Shown: one piece after another, positions 1 to 12,830 of the stretch
Layout: each line of letters starts with the position of its first letter
Position numbering within the stretch: the first letter of the stretch is position 1
Assembly: GCF_963921235.1 (NCBI RefSeq)
Contig: NC_086108.1
Span: forward strand, 93,560,001 to 93,624,000
From: Mobula hypostoma
Lineage: Eukaryota
DNA: 64,000 nt
Direction of reading: 5' to 3'
The notes under the pieces: generated by a model
Told to the model about the DNA's origin: nothing
What the model saw: the letters and a program-made list of their open reading frames with translations, nothing else
Databases searched by the model: none
Position numbers and translations under genes: made by a program

Positions 1-935
1 GTTTTGCAACATTTATATTCTCAACTGCCATTCTTAATTGTGCAATGAAAGTTTACTATGAGTCTTAAAAACTGCACAGTTGTGCCAGAGCCCATGTTCT
101 TTAATGTGCAAAACCTTCCAATATATTCCTATTAATTGTTTGCATTTGTAAGCCAAGTGATCTTCAAAATGCTTAAATTGTCATTTTATTTTATTGGTGT
201 ATGTAGTGTGGTCCATGACCAGGATTATGCTCATTAGGGGTTCCGTCTTAAAATGTGAATTACTTTTGTAAATTGTGCATATGTTTATTTATATCATGTT
301 CATCTTGTTGCATGTATGCTTTGTTTACATTACTTTGTACACAAGACACTAAGCTATGTTTCTTAAAGCAAATATATTAATTCCTATATATAATGTAATG
401 AATTACAAGAAATGCCTTAACATTTGGGAAATTGCCTTATGTAATTTATTAAAATTTAGGTTTATGTGTATTTTATAAATGTTGAATTTATGTAAACTAA
501 TTGGGCATCCATCTGCATAAGACCAATTATGATATATTTGTAATGCTTTTAGGTGGATTACATAAGCCTTAGGAAATTTGACTGAGGTGTAAATGAGCAA
601 TATTTTTCATCACTGTTTTAAATGTTACTTCAAGAATGCCAGAGTTCGTTGTATTTACAGCATTTTTATAAGAACTTTTACCAGTGATGCATTGGTCTTG
701 GCTGTTCAGGTGGGAGACCCCCAACGAAAGGATGGGACATAATTGCTGAAATTTGAGATGATGTTAAATGTGCCTTGAGTTTACAGTTAAAGATATTTTC
801 TTTAAATAATGCTGGTAATGTTGCAGAAACAAGTTGTTGTTATTGCGTCCTATCGTTCTGCTATGTTGCTTTATTGGAATTTCTGAACCATTATCTCATT
901 ATATGGCATTCGATTGTAATAAATGTTCCTGTTTT
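1..935 (+). other. Probable 3'UTR end of the upstream gene (ARHGAP29 expected by synteny), with AATAAA at 918-923
   Basis: AT-rich and free of recognisable TEs; no long ORF; AATAAA followed by U/GU-rich sequence. In tetrapods ARHGAP29 lies 5' of ABCA4 on the same strand. Gene identity is inference only. Confidence 0.4.
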
Positions 936-2789
936 TCTAAATTGATTATTGGTGGAAAAAAGTTTGATTAGAATTCCATATATTTAATCACTTTGACATA
1001 ACCTTTATCAGCTTGACACAATCTTTATCCACTATATCTATTAGGAAGGTCAAATTTGGAAGTGTGGAGAGCAGGGAGGAAGACGTCGTTATTTGGATGT
1101 TTGCGTACACCAGTTGTTCTTGGTTTGGTATCATAAAGTGTTGAAGAAAATTTTCAGCAGTTTGGGTAGAAAACTAGTTGACATTTTGGGTCAAGACATT
1201 TCATATGGACTGAAGGAGTAGAGGGGAGATCGCCAGTGTCAGGAGGTGAGGGGAAGGATTGACACAAGCACAGCTGAGAAACAGTAAGTGGATCAAAATG
1301 AGGTGATGGAGAAGACTGGGGTTGGGGGTGTGTGTTGAACTGTGTAGATCAAGAGTAGATTCTTCTGTCTCTATTTTTCTAACTATTCTGTTCTTCCCAC
1401 TTTAGCCTTGACATGTGTAGTGTAAATTCTATATTATGAGGACATTAATGAGTGTGCAACCAACTCCTGTCAAAAATGCACAAAGCTAGCAGAATTTATC
1501 ATTTTGATTTGTTGTCAATAATATTTTGAAGTTCAAGTTCTTCCTAAACAGCAATGGCTCTGGAGCACTAAAAACGGTTTTAAAGTATGTGCAGATTAAT
1601 TGCTGGCTTGTTTCTGCAGGCTGTGAAATTGTGTAAATGTGTGGTTCTTTAAGGCCATACAGTGTGCTCTAGCAGACTGCAGACAGACTAGATTCCACCT
1701 CCACAAACTAGTTGGTCTCAGGATTTTCCCTTGGAATATAGCCTAAAAGAGAATGAGCAGAAGTTGGACTATTGATATTGGTGCTGGATGGTGCCTGGTG
1801 AGAAAGTAATGCTTTATTCATGGAAAGGGTTCTTAGATGGAGAATCTATTTACTCGGTAGGCACAAAAAAAGAAACTTGGCTCTGAAAATCTGTGCTTTC
1901 AAAAGGTCTTCTGCAGTCAGAATGCAAAGACTGTACCATCGTAGACCAAGAATAATTATGCATGTCTTTTATCTTGACTGTGAGGTTATGTACACTTCTA
2001 CATGCAATAGATCACTGACATTCACAACTTGAAGAACTTAACACCAAATGCACTTAAATGTACTACAATCGAAAGGTGTTCGGATCCTTTTTGCGTTTTC
2101 TGTAGTTTTGCATTACTAATGCCTATGTTGCCAAAATGTAAGTAGCATCACACAAAGAGTGATTCAGTGTGTGCTGAAATCACTGCTCTAGGGATTCCTG
2201 TAGTGGCTGGCTGCATTTTTGAATTGGGGGATGGGGAAGTAGTTCTGCCCCATTGGGCAACAGTCTTATGCCTTGCCTCTCTTGCTGACCATCAGAGATA
2301 ACCAGTATAAGAATGAAACCCAAGAAAGAAATTGCAAACCCAATTGTACAAATCAAAAGGATGCTATTTGCTTACAAATGGCTCCTAATTATTCCAGGTA
2401 ATCCTTACTGCCTTTCTTCCCTGTCACTCCTATGTATTCAGAAATGGGTCCTTTTTAACTCAACAAGATCAAGGCAAAGCTCATTACAAATTGATTTTGG
2501 TATTGTTGCCTATACTGGTACCCTTCACCACCTTGTTGATAAAGAATCTACCTCTGCCTTCATAATACTTGAAGACTGTTTAGCCATTGAGGAAGAGTGT
2601 TCCTAAGACCTCCCGAGTGAGAAAATTATGCCACATGTGTCTTAAATAGGCAATACCTTACTATTTCCTTTTAAATAGTGACCTCTAGTTCTAAATTCTT
2701 GCATAAGAAAAAACATCCTCTCCACATTGAAGCTGTTGAGATTTGGGATTAGAAAACCAATAAAGTTTTCATGCAAGTTGATTGGGTTT

Positions 2790-3100
2790 TAAAAAAGTGT
2801 ATGGTGTGTTGACTTTCATCAGTCGGGGATTGAATTCAAGAGCTGTGAGGTAATGTTGCAGCCCTGTAAAACCCCGGTTATACCACACTTGGACTATTGT
2901 GTTCAATTCCAGTAGCCTCTTAGGAAGGATGTAGAAACTTTAGTGAGGGTGCAGAAGAGATTTACCAGAATGCTGCCTGGACTAAAGAGTGTATCTTATG
3001 AGGATAGGTTGGGCGAACTAGGGCTTTTCTTTTGGAATGGGGAATAAGAGGTGACTTGCTAGAGATGTACAAGATTATAAGAAGTATAGCTAGGGTAGAG
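2790..3100 (+). mobile_element. CR1 LINE fragment (C-terminal ORF2), degenerate
   Basis: Same sequence family as the other CR1 copies here (gggattgaattcaagagc...ccacacttggactattgtgttcaattc...gtgcagaagagatttaccagaatgctgcctgg). Confidence 0.8.
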
Positions 3101-3296
3101 AGAGCTGTGATGCTTCCTGTTCAATAGCATGATTGCCTGCTACAGTTACCTCTGTTATACTATCCAGAATTGGAGTTGCTTCCTGTACATTGCTTAACTT
3201 TGCAAATACATTATTTGTACTTACCTAGCAGGTTGATTAACTTGCCCATTTGCACTACTAATCCATATTACTTTATTTTTCTTGACTATGACTCAA

Positions 3297-3433
3297 ACAG
3301 AAAATAGGTGCAGGAGTAGGCCCTTCGGCCCTTCGAGCCTGCACCGCCATTCACTATGATCATGGCTGATCATCCAACTCAGAACCCTGTACCTGCCTTC
3401 TCTCCATACCCCCCATCCCTTTAGCCAGAAGGG
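3297..3433 (-). mobile_element. CR1 3' end, heavily 5'-truncated
   Basis: Near-identical to the 3'UTRs at 14281-14400 and 16720-16860. Confidence 0.8.
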
Positions 3434-4155
3434 TCAACTCCTTGCCCTATGCCTTATTCAGAGAAGCAGCACTCGCAGCTCCAGGCTTGAAATGTGACTT
3501 GTAGTGCTAGTATCAAAGCTCAAAATTCAAAGTAAATTTATTATGCAAGTATACATTATCACCATGTACTATCTTGAGATTAATTTTCTTGTGGGAACTC
3601 TCAGAAGATAAGAAGAAACAATCGAATCAATGAAAAACTGCACACAATGAAGATGAACAAACATTGTGCAAAAGACCATAAATTGCAAATAAATAAGCAA
3701 TATATATGGAGAATATGAGTTGTTGCACCCATAGATTGTGGAATCGGTTCAGTGGTTGGGTGGATGAAGTTATCACCTCTGGTTCAAGAGCCTTATGGCT
3801 GAGGTTCCTGAACCTGGGAGTGTGGAACCTGTGGCTCCTGTTCCTCCTTCCCGATGGCAGCAGTAAGAAAAGAGCGTAGCCTGGATAAAGACAAGAAAAT
3901 CTGTAGGTGCAACACAGAAAATGAAGGAGGAACTCAAGCATATATGGATAAGAGTAAACAGTTGACATTTTGGGCTGAGACCAATCAGCTCTTTGGTCTT
4001 ACTGACATTGAGTGCAAGGCTGATACTGTTACACCACTCAACTAGCTGGTATATCTCACTCCTGTACACCTTTATGTCTCTATCTGAGATTCTACCAACA
4101 ATGGTTGTATTATCAGCAAATTTATAGGTGGCACACAGTCTAGCCACACAGTCAT

Positions 4156-6229
4156 AAGACCATAAGATATAAGAGCAGATTTAGTCCATTTGGCCCATTG
4201 AGTCTGTTCTGCCATTTCATCATGGTTGGTCCAATTTTCCCCTCAGCCCCAATCTACTTTCTCTGTATGCCTTCATGCCCTGACAAATCAATAATCTATC
4301 AACCTCTGCCTTAAATGTACAGTGCCTATAAAAAAATATTCACTCCACTTTGGAAGTTTTTGTGTTTTATTGTTTTACAACATTGAATCACAGCGGATTT
4401 AATTTGGCTTTTTTTTACACTGATCAACAGAAAAAGACTCTTCCGCGTCAAAGTGAAAGCAGATCTCTATAAAGTGATCTAAATTAATTACAAATATAAA
4501 CACACAAAATGATTGATTGCAAAAGTATTCACCCCCTTTAATATGACACAGCAAATCACCACTGGTACAGCCAATTGGTTTTAGAAGTCACATAATTAGT
4601 TAAATGGAGATCACCTGTGTGCAGTCAAGGTGTTTTAATTGATTGTAGTAAAAATACACTTGTATATGGAAGGTTCAATTGCTGGTGAGTCAGTATCCTG
4701 GTAAAAACTACACCATGAAAACAAAAGAACACTGTAAAAAGGTTATTGAAAAGCACAAGTCAGGAGATGGATACAAGCAAATTTCCAAGTCTCTGAATAT
4801 TCCTTGGAGTACAGTTAAGTCAATCATCAAGAAATTATAAGAATATGGCACAGCTGTAAATCTGTCTAGAGCAGGTCATCCTCAAAAACTGAGTGACTGT
4901 ACAAGAAGGGGACTAGTGAGTGAGGCCACCAAGAGGCCTATGACAACTCTGGAGGAGTTACAAGCTTCATTGGCTGAGATGGGAGAGATGGTGCATATGA
5001 CAACTGTTGCCCAAGTGCTTCTCCAGTCACAGCTTAATGGGAGAGTGGCAAATAGAAAGCCACTGTTGAAAAAAGCTCACATGAACTCTCAGCTAGATTT
5101 TGCCAGGAGGCATGTGGAAAACTCTGAAGTCAGCTGGAAGAAAGTTCTGTGATCTGATGAAACCAAAATTGAGCTTTTTGGCTATCAAACTAAACACTAT
5201 ATTTGGCTTAAGCCAAATACTGCATGTCATCAAAAACACACCATCCCTACCATGAAGCATGGTAATGGCTGCATCATACTGTGCGGATGCTTCACTGCAG
5301 CAGGCCCTGGAAGGCTTATGAAGGTAGAAGGTAAAATGAATGCAGCAAAATACAGGGAAAACCTGATCACTCACGATCCTCATGCAATCTGACAGAGCTT
5401 GAGCAGTTTTGTAAAAAGAATAGGGAATAATTGCTATGTCCAGATGTGCAAAGCTGACAGAGAGATCTATACAGACAGGCTCAAGGCTGTAATTGCCGCC
5501 AAAGGTGCAGCTACTAATTACTAGCTTGAAGGAGGTGAGTAATTATGCAATCAGTTATTTTGTGTTTAATAATTGTAATAAATTTTGACTAATTTGTAGA
5601 AATTTGTTTTCACTTTGACATGAAAGAGTCTCTTCTGTTGATCATTCTAAAAAAAAACAAGTTAAATCCACTAAGATTCAATGTTGTAAAACAATACAAC
5701 ATGAAAACTTCCAAAGGGGTTGAATATTTTTTATAGGCACTGTATATAAAGCCTTAGCCTCCACAGCAGACTGGGGCAAAGAATTCCACAGATTCACCAC
5801 TCTCAGACTAAAGAAGTTCCTCCTCATCTCCGTTCTAAAAGGACACCCCTCTATTCTGAGGCTGTGTCCGCCGGTCTTAGACTTTCCTGTCATTGAAAAC
5901 CTCCTCTCCACATCCACTCTATCAAAGACTTTCTCCATTCAATGGGTTTCAATGAGATCACCTTTTGTTCTTCTAAATTCCAGTAAATACAGACCCAGAG
6001 TCATCAAATGCTCTCCATATGAAAAGCCATTCGATCCTGAAATCATTTTCATGAAGCTCCTTTGAACCCTCTCCAGTTTCAGCACATCCTTTCTAAGATA
6101 AGGGGCCCAAAACTGCTTACAATACTTCAAGTGAGGCTTCACCTGGACTTTACAAAGTCTTAGCATTACAGCCTTGCTCTTATATTCTAGTCCTCTTGAA
6201 ATGAATGCTAACATCGCATTTGCCTTCCT
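4156..6229 (-). mobile_element. 5'-truncated CR1 inserted in Rex1
   Basis: ORFs 5939-6214 (LAFISRGLEYKS...PHLKYC.QFWAP) and 5678-5938 (RRNFFSLRVVNLWNSLP); tail near 4156; 7-bp TSD. Confidence 0.85.
4320..5742 (+). mobile_element. Tc1 (Passport-like, IR/DR) DNA transposon, internally deleted and inactive
   Basis: TA|CAGTGCCTATAAAAAA...TTTTTTATAGGCACTG|TA with ~200-bp TIRs carrying an inner direct repeat. Transposase remnants MKTKEH...EATKRPMTTLEELQ...WKKVL*SDETKIELFG...KHG; the second D and the E region are deleted near 5365. Confidence 0.95.
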
Positions 6230-7762
6230 CAGTCATGGGTATAGAGAGAGTACAGCAGTGGGCTGGGCACACATCCCTGAGGTGCACCAGTGTTGATCGT
6301 CAGTGAGGAGAAGGTATTATTACCAATCCACACAGATTGTGGTCTTCCAGTTAGGAAATCGCAGATCTAATTGCAGAGGGAGGTATAAAGGCCCAAGTTC
6401 TGTAGTTTATCGATCAGGACTGTAGGAATGATAGTATTAAACGCTGAGCTATAGACAACAAACAGCATCCTGATATGGGTGTTTGTATTGTCCAGGTCAA
6501 AGGGCATGTAAAGAGCTTTTGAGGCTACATCTGCCATAGACCTATTGTGGCGATAGGCAAGATGCAGTGAGCCCAGGTCCTTGATGAGATGGGAGTTGGT
6601 TCGTCTTGTTGTTGAGGCATCTTGTGTGGATAGCCTGGATAGTGGGGGTCCTCGATGATAGATGCTGCTTTCCTGCCACAGCATTCCTTTTAGATGTGCT
6701 CGGTGGTGGGGAGAGCTATACCCATGATGGAATGGGCTGTACCCATCACTTTTTGTTGTTTTTTATTTTCATTCAAGGGTATTGTTATTTCCATACCAGT
6801 CAGAATACTCTAATGCACATCTATAGAAGATTTTCAAACTTTTAGATGACATGCTGAATCTTCGCAAGCTTCTAAGAAAACAGAGACACTGCTCTGTTTT
6901 TTAATAACGGCCGTTACGTGCTGAACTTAGGGTGAATCTTCTGAAGGGATAATGCCAAGGAATTCAAATATTCTGATGATCTCCACCTCTGATCCCCTGA
7001 TGAGAACTGGCTGGTGGACTTCCGGTTTCCTCCTCCCGGAGTAAATAATCGGCTGGTCGGTTTTGCTGGCATTGAGTGAGAGGTTGAGCTGATGATCTGC
7101 TTGAAATCACATGATGATATTCTTACATTTTTGTTGTGTTCTTCCCTCCCACCATTCTGACTTGGGCAGCTTGCATTGTTTACTGTCTGAAACACAAAGG
7201 GACTCGGGATTAGGGTTGTAAAGAGAGCATGGAGAAAGTATGCTAATCAACAGTTTATCAAGTGAAGAGGTTGTGGGATTACAATAACAACATTCAATCA
7301 TTTTGGCTTCACAATCCATCATCAGAGGTTTCTGTAAACATGGTGAACACATCCTCCTCCGGTTGCTTAAGGATATGCAGCCACACTGTTTCCCAGTGTT
7401 TAAATGCTAGTGACAGTGTTTTACTTATTCATTCACAAGACATGGGTGTTTCTAGCAGAGTCACCATTTAATATTCACCTCAAATTGACCTTGAACCAAG
7501 AGATTATAATCGTCATATGTCTGTGGGTCACATATGTGTCATATAGGGTAAGGAGAGATGCTGTACTTGCACAATGGTGTCACGATTACCATTACTGATG
7601 TGATTTTTTTTATATTTGATGAGATAAATTCTGGATTAATGCAAATTCACAAACAATATATCAAGAATCTCTAATAGCTGCAGTCCTGTCTGTGCCATCC
7701 AGGGTCAGAGTGTAATATTGAGTGATAAGTTAAAATGCCTGAAATTAGACCAGTAATATCTA

Positions 7763-9715
7763 ACATAGAAACAGAAAATCTACATCACAATACAGGCCCT
7801 TGGGCCCACGAAGCTGTGCCAAACATGTACTTCCTTTAGAAATTTCCTAGGGTTACCCGTAGCTCTCCATTTTTCTGAGATCCATATACTTGTCCAGGAG
7901 TCTCTTAAAAGACCCTATCGTATTCGCCTCCACCACCGTCACTGGCAGCCCATTCCACGCACCCACCACTCTCTATATGAAAAAAACTTGCCCCTGACAT
8001 CTCCTCTGTACCTACTTCCAAGCACCTTAAAACTGTGCCCTCCCGTGCTAGCCATTTCAGCCCTGGGAAAAAGCCTCTGACTATCCACACAATCAATGCC
8101 TCTCATCATCTTATACACCTCTATCAGGTCACCTCTCATCCTCCGCCGCTTCAAGGAGAAAAGGTCAAGTTCACTCAACCTATTCTCATACGGTATGCTC
8201 CCCAGTCCAGGCAACATCCTTGTAAATCTCCTCTGCACCCTTTCTATGGTTTCCACATCCTTCCTGTAGTGAGGTGACCAGAACTGAGCACAGTACTCCA
8301 AATGGGGTCTGACCAGGGTCCTATAAAGCTGTAACATTACCTCTCGACTCTTAAACTCAGTCCCACGGTTGATGAAGGCCAATACACCGTATGCCTCCTT
8401 AACCATAGAGTCAACCTGCATAGCAGCTTCAGTGTCCTATGGACTCGGACCCCCAGATCCCACTGATTCTCCACACTGCCAAGAGTCTTACCATTAATAC
8501 TATATTCTGCCATCATATTTGACCCACCAAAATGAACCACCTCACACTTATCTGGGTTGAACTCCATCTACCACTTCTCAGCTCAATTTTACATCCTATC
8601 AATATCCTGCGGTAACCTCTGACAGCCCTCCACACTATCCACAACACCCCCAACCTTTGTGTCAGCAGCAAATTTACTAATACATCCCTCCACTTCCTCA
8701 TCCAAGCCATTTACAAAAATCACGAAGAGAAGGGGTCCCAGAACAGATCGCTGAGGCACACCACTGGTCACCGGCCTCCATGCAGAATATGACCCATCTA
8801 CAACCACTCTTTGCCTTCAGTGGGCAAACCAATTCTGGATCCACAAAGCAAGGTCCCCTTGGATCCCATGCCTCCTTACTTTCTCAATAGGCCTTGCATG
8901 GGGTACCTTATCAAATGCCTTGCTGAAATCTATATACACTGCATCTACTGCTCTACCTTCATCAATATATTTAGTCACATCCTCAAAAAATTCAATCAGG
9001 CTCGTGAGGCACAACCTACCTTTGACAAAGCAATGCTGACTATTCCTAATCATATTATGCCTCTCCAAATGTTCATAAATCCTGCCTCTCAGGATCTTCT
9101 CCATCAACTTACTAACTACTGAAGTAAGACTCACTGGTCTATAATTTCCTGGGCTATTTCTACTCCCTTTCTTGAATAAGGGATCAACATCTGCAACCCT
9201 CCAATCTTCCAGAACCTCTCCCATCCCCATTGATGATGCAAGGAACATTGCCAGAGGTTCAGCAATCTCCTCCCTCACCTCCCACAGTAGCCTGGGGTAC
9301 ATCTCATCCGGTACCGGAGACTTTTCCAACTTACGCACATCAAAGTTGCTGGTGAATGCAGCAGACCAGGCAGCATCTCCAGGAAGAGGTACAGTCGATG
9401 TTTCGGGCCGAGACCCTTCGTACCTCTTCCTAGAGATGCTGCCTGGCCTGCTGAGTTCACCAGCAACTTTGATGTGTGTTGCTTGAATTTCCAGCACCTG
9501 CAGAATTCCTCGTGTTTGCACTTATCCAACTTGATGCTTTCCAAAAACTCCAGCACATCGTCTTTCTTAATGTCTATATGCTCAAGCTTTTCAGTCCGCT
9601 GTAAGTCATCCCTACAATCGCCAAGATACTTTTCCTTAGCGAATACTGAAGCAAAGTATGCAAAGTATTCACCTCCGCTACCTCCTCCAGTTCCATACAC
9701 ACTTTTCCACTGAAG
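7763..9715 (-). mobile_element. CR1 LINE (RT plus C-terminus), frameshifted
   Basis: ORFs 8817-9521 (PGNYRPVSLTSVV...DFSKAFDKVPH), 8589-8807 (SGVPQ.SVLGP, KFAADTK) and 7939-8421; ACATAGAAAC-type tail at ~7763. Confidence 0.93.
9333..9519. mobile_element. Penelope-like pseudo-LTR remnant with inverted (head-to-head) arms, inserted in CR1
   Basis: Arms ~9336-9392 and 9420-9476 are reverse complements and match the 3' end of the Penelope at 32340-32462. 13-bp TSD acttWtccaactt at 9320-9332 and 9520-9532. Confidence 0.85.
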
Positions 9716-10494
9716 TAGGAATCTAGACTAGAATATTGTAAAATCTGTATCTTATGTTTATCAATGCCTTCCAACTCTGCATTTTAACACGACCCATAAT
9801 TCTTTTCTTTATTACTTCAACTAAAATATTATCTTCTTGAACTTATTGACTGTGGAGGATCTCGGCAGATTGAGCAACAAATATCAGGGGAACAGAGCTG
9901 TTAACATTTTGCGTTGGAACCCTGCATCAAAATTATTGACCTTCAACAACTCTAATTCCACTACAAAAATGAATATGAAGTCATTTTGGGTATTCTTGTG
10001 AGATTTTTTCCCATTGAAATGTTAATATTTAGTAAAAGGCATTTCAAAGCGAGGTGGTTTAGATTTGCCTTTAAACAAGCATTGACAAACTTTTTGAACC
10101 CTCAAGTTGTTTTCATATAGCCTATAAATATTACTATTATAGTGAAAATTCAGTTTCCTGCTTGTTTACACCCTCCGCTTATATGGAAACCTAGTAAGAT
10201 AAACGACTCAAATTGCTTCACAGACGTTGAACCACAAAAATCTGACTCAAGCCATATAAGGGAAAATTAGGGAAAGTGATCCAAAGCATTAAATAAAACT
10301 GAAAAACCTAAGTGATGCAAAGACCTGGGGAGTCATTTCTAGAGTTCTGGGCCTTGGTAGACGAAGGCACAAGTACTAATGATGGAATAATTAAACTCAG
10401 CCCAGAGGAATGAATTAAAGGAGTGTAGGCACCTTGCAAGACAGGAGAACATCACAGAGATGTGTGGAAAATTTGAGGACAACAGTGATAATAT

Positions 10495-11141
10495 TAAAAT
10501 CAGTGTGGACATGGTGGAGGTTTACAAATACTTGGGGATACGAATTGACAATAAACTGGACTGGTCAAAGAACACTGAGGCTGTCTACAAGAAGGGTCAG
10601 AGCCATCTCTATTTCCTGAGGAGACTGAGATCCTTTAACATCTGTTGGACGATGCTAAGGATGTTCTACGAGTCTGTGGTGGCCAGTGCTATCATGTTTG
10701 CTGTTGTATGCTGGGGCAGCAGGCTGAGGGTAGCAGATACCAACAGAATCAACAAACTCCTTGGTAAGGCCAGTGATGTTGTGGGGATGGAACTGGACTC
10801 TCTGACGGCAGTGTCTGAAAATAGGATGCTGTCCAAGCTGCATGCCATCTTGGTCAATGTCTCCCATCCATTACATAATGTACTGGGTGGGCACAGGAGT
10901 ACATTCAGTCAGAGACTCATTCCACCGAGATGCAGCACAGAGCGTCATAGAAAGTCATTCCCGCCTGTGGCCATCAAACTTTACAACTCCTCCCTTGGAG
11001 GGTCAGACACCCTGAGCCAATAGCCTGGTCCTGGACTTATTTCCTGGCATAATTTACATATTACTATTTAATTATTTATGGTTCAACGGTAACGAAAACC
11101 AATTTCCCTCGGGATCAATAAAGTATGACTATGACTATGAC
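10495..11141 (+). mobile_element. Rex1/Babar LINE 3' portion
   Basis: ORF 10460-11023 YKYLG...KKGQSHLYFLRRLRSF...HPLH...RHRKSF.PVAIKLYN; AATAAA followed by a (GACTAT)n tail. Confidence 0.92.
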
Positions 11142-12489
11142 CAATTAAGGCATTTCAATACTCATGTAGATTGGGAAAATCAGCTTGGTGCTAGATCCCA
11201 TCAGAGGGAATTTGTAGAATGTCTACAAGATGGCAGTTTAGGACAGCTTGTGTTCAGCCACTAGGGGAAAAGCAGTTCTGGATTGGGTATTTTGGAATGA
11301 ACCAAATTTGATTAAGGAGTTTAAGGTAAAGGAATGCCTCAGGAAGCAGTGATCATGATATGATAGAATTCACCCTGCAGTTTGAGAGAGAGAAGACAAA
11401 GTCAGATGTATCTGTATTATAGTGGAGTAAAAGAAATTAAAGCAGCATGCGAGGGGAGCTGGCCGAAGTTGATTGGAAGGGGACACTAGCAGGGATGACG
11501 GCAGAACAGCAAATGCTGGAGTTTCTGGAAGCAATTCGGAAGATGCAGATTGATACATCCCAAAATGAAGTATTCTAAAGGGACGATGACACAACCATGG
11601 CAGACAAGGGAAGTGAAAAACAGCATAAAAGCAAAAGAGAATCCATGTAATAGACAAAACATTAGTGGGAAATTACGGAATTGAGCAGCTTTTAAAAACC
11701 AACAGAAGGGTCTAAAAAAGCCATAAGGAGGGAAAAAATGAAATATGAAGGTAAGCTAGTCAATAGTATGAAAGAGGATACCTGGAGTTTGTACAGATAT
11801 GTAAGAAGATGCTGGAGAGGTAGTAATGGGGAACAAAGAAATGGCCTACGTCAATCTTCACTGTGGAAAGTACTAGTAGTATGCCAGAAATTCGAGAGTA
11901 CCAGAGGGCATAAGTGAGTGCAGTTGCTATATGAAGGAGAAGGTGCTTGGGAAGCTGAAAGGTCTGAAGGTAGATAAGTCACCTGGACCAGATGGACTAC
12001 ACCCCTGGGTTCTGAAAGCAGTAACTGAAGAGATTGTGGAGGCATTAGTAATGATCTATCAAGAAACACTAGATTCTGGAATGGTTCCAGAGGACTAGAA
12101 AATTCAAAACTGCATTCTTTAAGAAGGATGGAGGCAGAAGAAAGGAAATTATAGGCCAATTAGGCTGACTTCAGTGTTGGAGTTGGAGTCCATTATTAAG
12201 GATGAGGTTTCAGGGTACTTGGAGGTACATGTTAAAATAGGCCAAGGTCAGTATGGTTTCCTAAATGGGAAATCTTGCCTGACGATTTTGTTGGAATTCT
12301 TTGAGGAAATAACAGGTAGGATAGACAAAGGAGTCAGTGGATGTTGTTTACTTGAATTTTCAGAAGGTCTTTCACCATGTGCCACACATGGCTGCTTATT
12401 AAGAGCCTGTGATATTACAGGAAAGATTCAAGCATGGATAGAAGAGTGTTAACTAGCAGAAGGCAAAATGAAAGACTAAGGGGTCCTCG

Positions 12490-12830
12490 GAATATGTGTA
12501 ACTTGGTTGGTTTATGGTGGGGTTTGAGTTGTTCTCCAATCTTGCAATGTAGGCCTCAATCCCATTTATAAGCCAATGTGGGCAAAATTCCAGATAATGC
12601 ACAGAGTTCACCATGAAACCAATCAGCGATGAGACTCCCTCCCTACATCAGCACATCAGTTGAGTTTCTGTAATGATGCCCATTCAACTGTTTGATAAGT
12701 ATATAAAAGCAAAGCATTCAGAGGTCACACCACGAGTGAACAGTGCACTGATGATGTCTCCTCCTCTGGTGATGAAGCTTCTGTGAATGGATTGCCTAGA
12801 TCGGAGAACAATTCAACCCAACCATAAAGA
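12490..12830 (+). mobile_element. Penelope-like 3' end (second family) with inverted terminal repeat and decayed hammerhead motif
   Basis: ~38-bp inverted repeat 12511-12548 vs 12791-12828; LNPIYKPM-like C-terminal remnant; CTGATGA at 12748-12754, stem II, GAAGCTTC. It interrupts the CR1. Confidence 0.7.

Larger units (their letters stand above)
3520..7090 (-). mobile_element. Rex1/Babar LINE fragments, interrupted by a CR1 that contains a Tc1
   Basis: ORFs 3773-4147 (YKFADNTTIVGRIS...LVEWC...LALNVSKTKELI) and 6367-6684 (AYRHNRS...[16 protein letters not shown]) are Rex1-type RT. TSD CAGTCAT at 4149-4155 and 6230-6236 brackets the CR1. Confidence 0.8.

Noticed and set aside
8817..9521. 234-aa ORF with an unusual N-terminus
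   Set aside because: CR1 RT read through a Penelope pLTR insertion.
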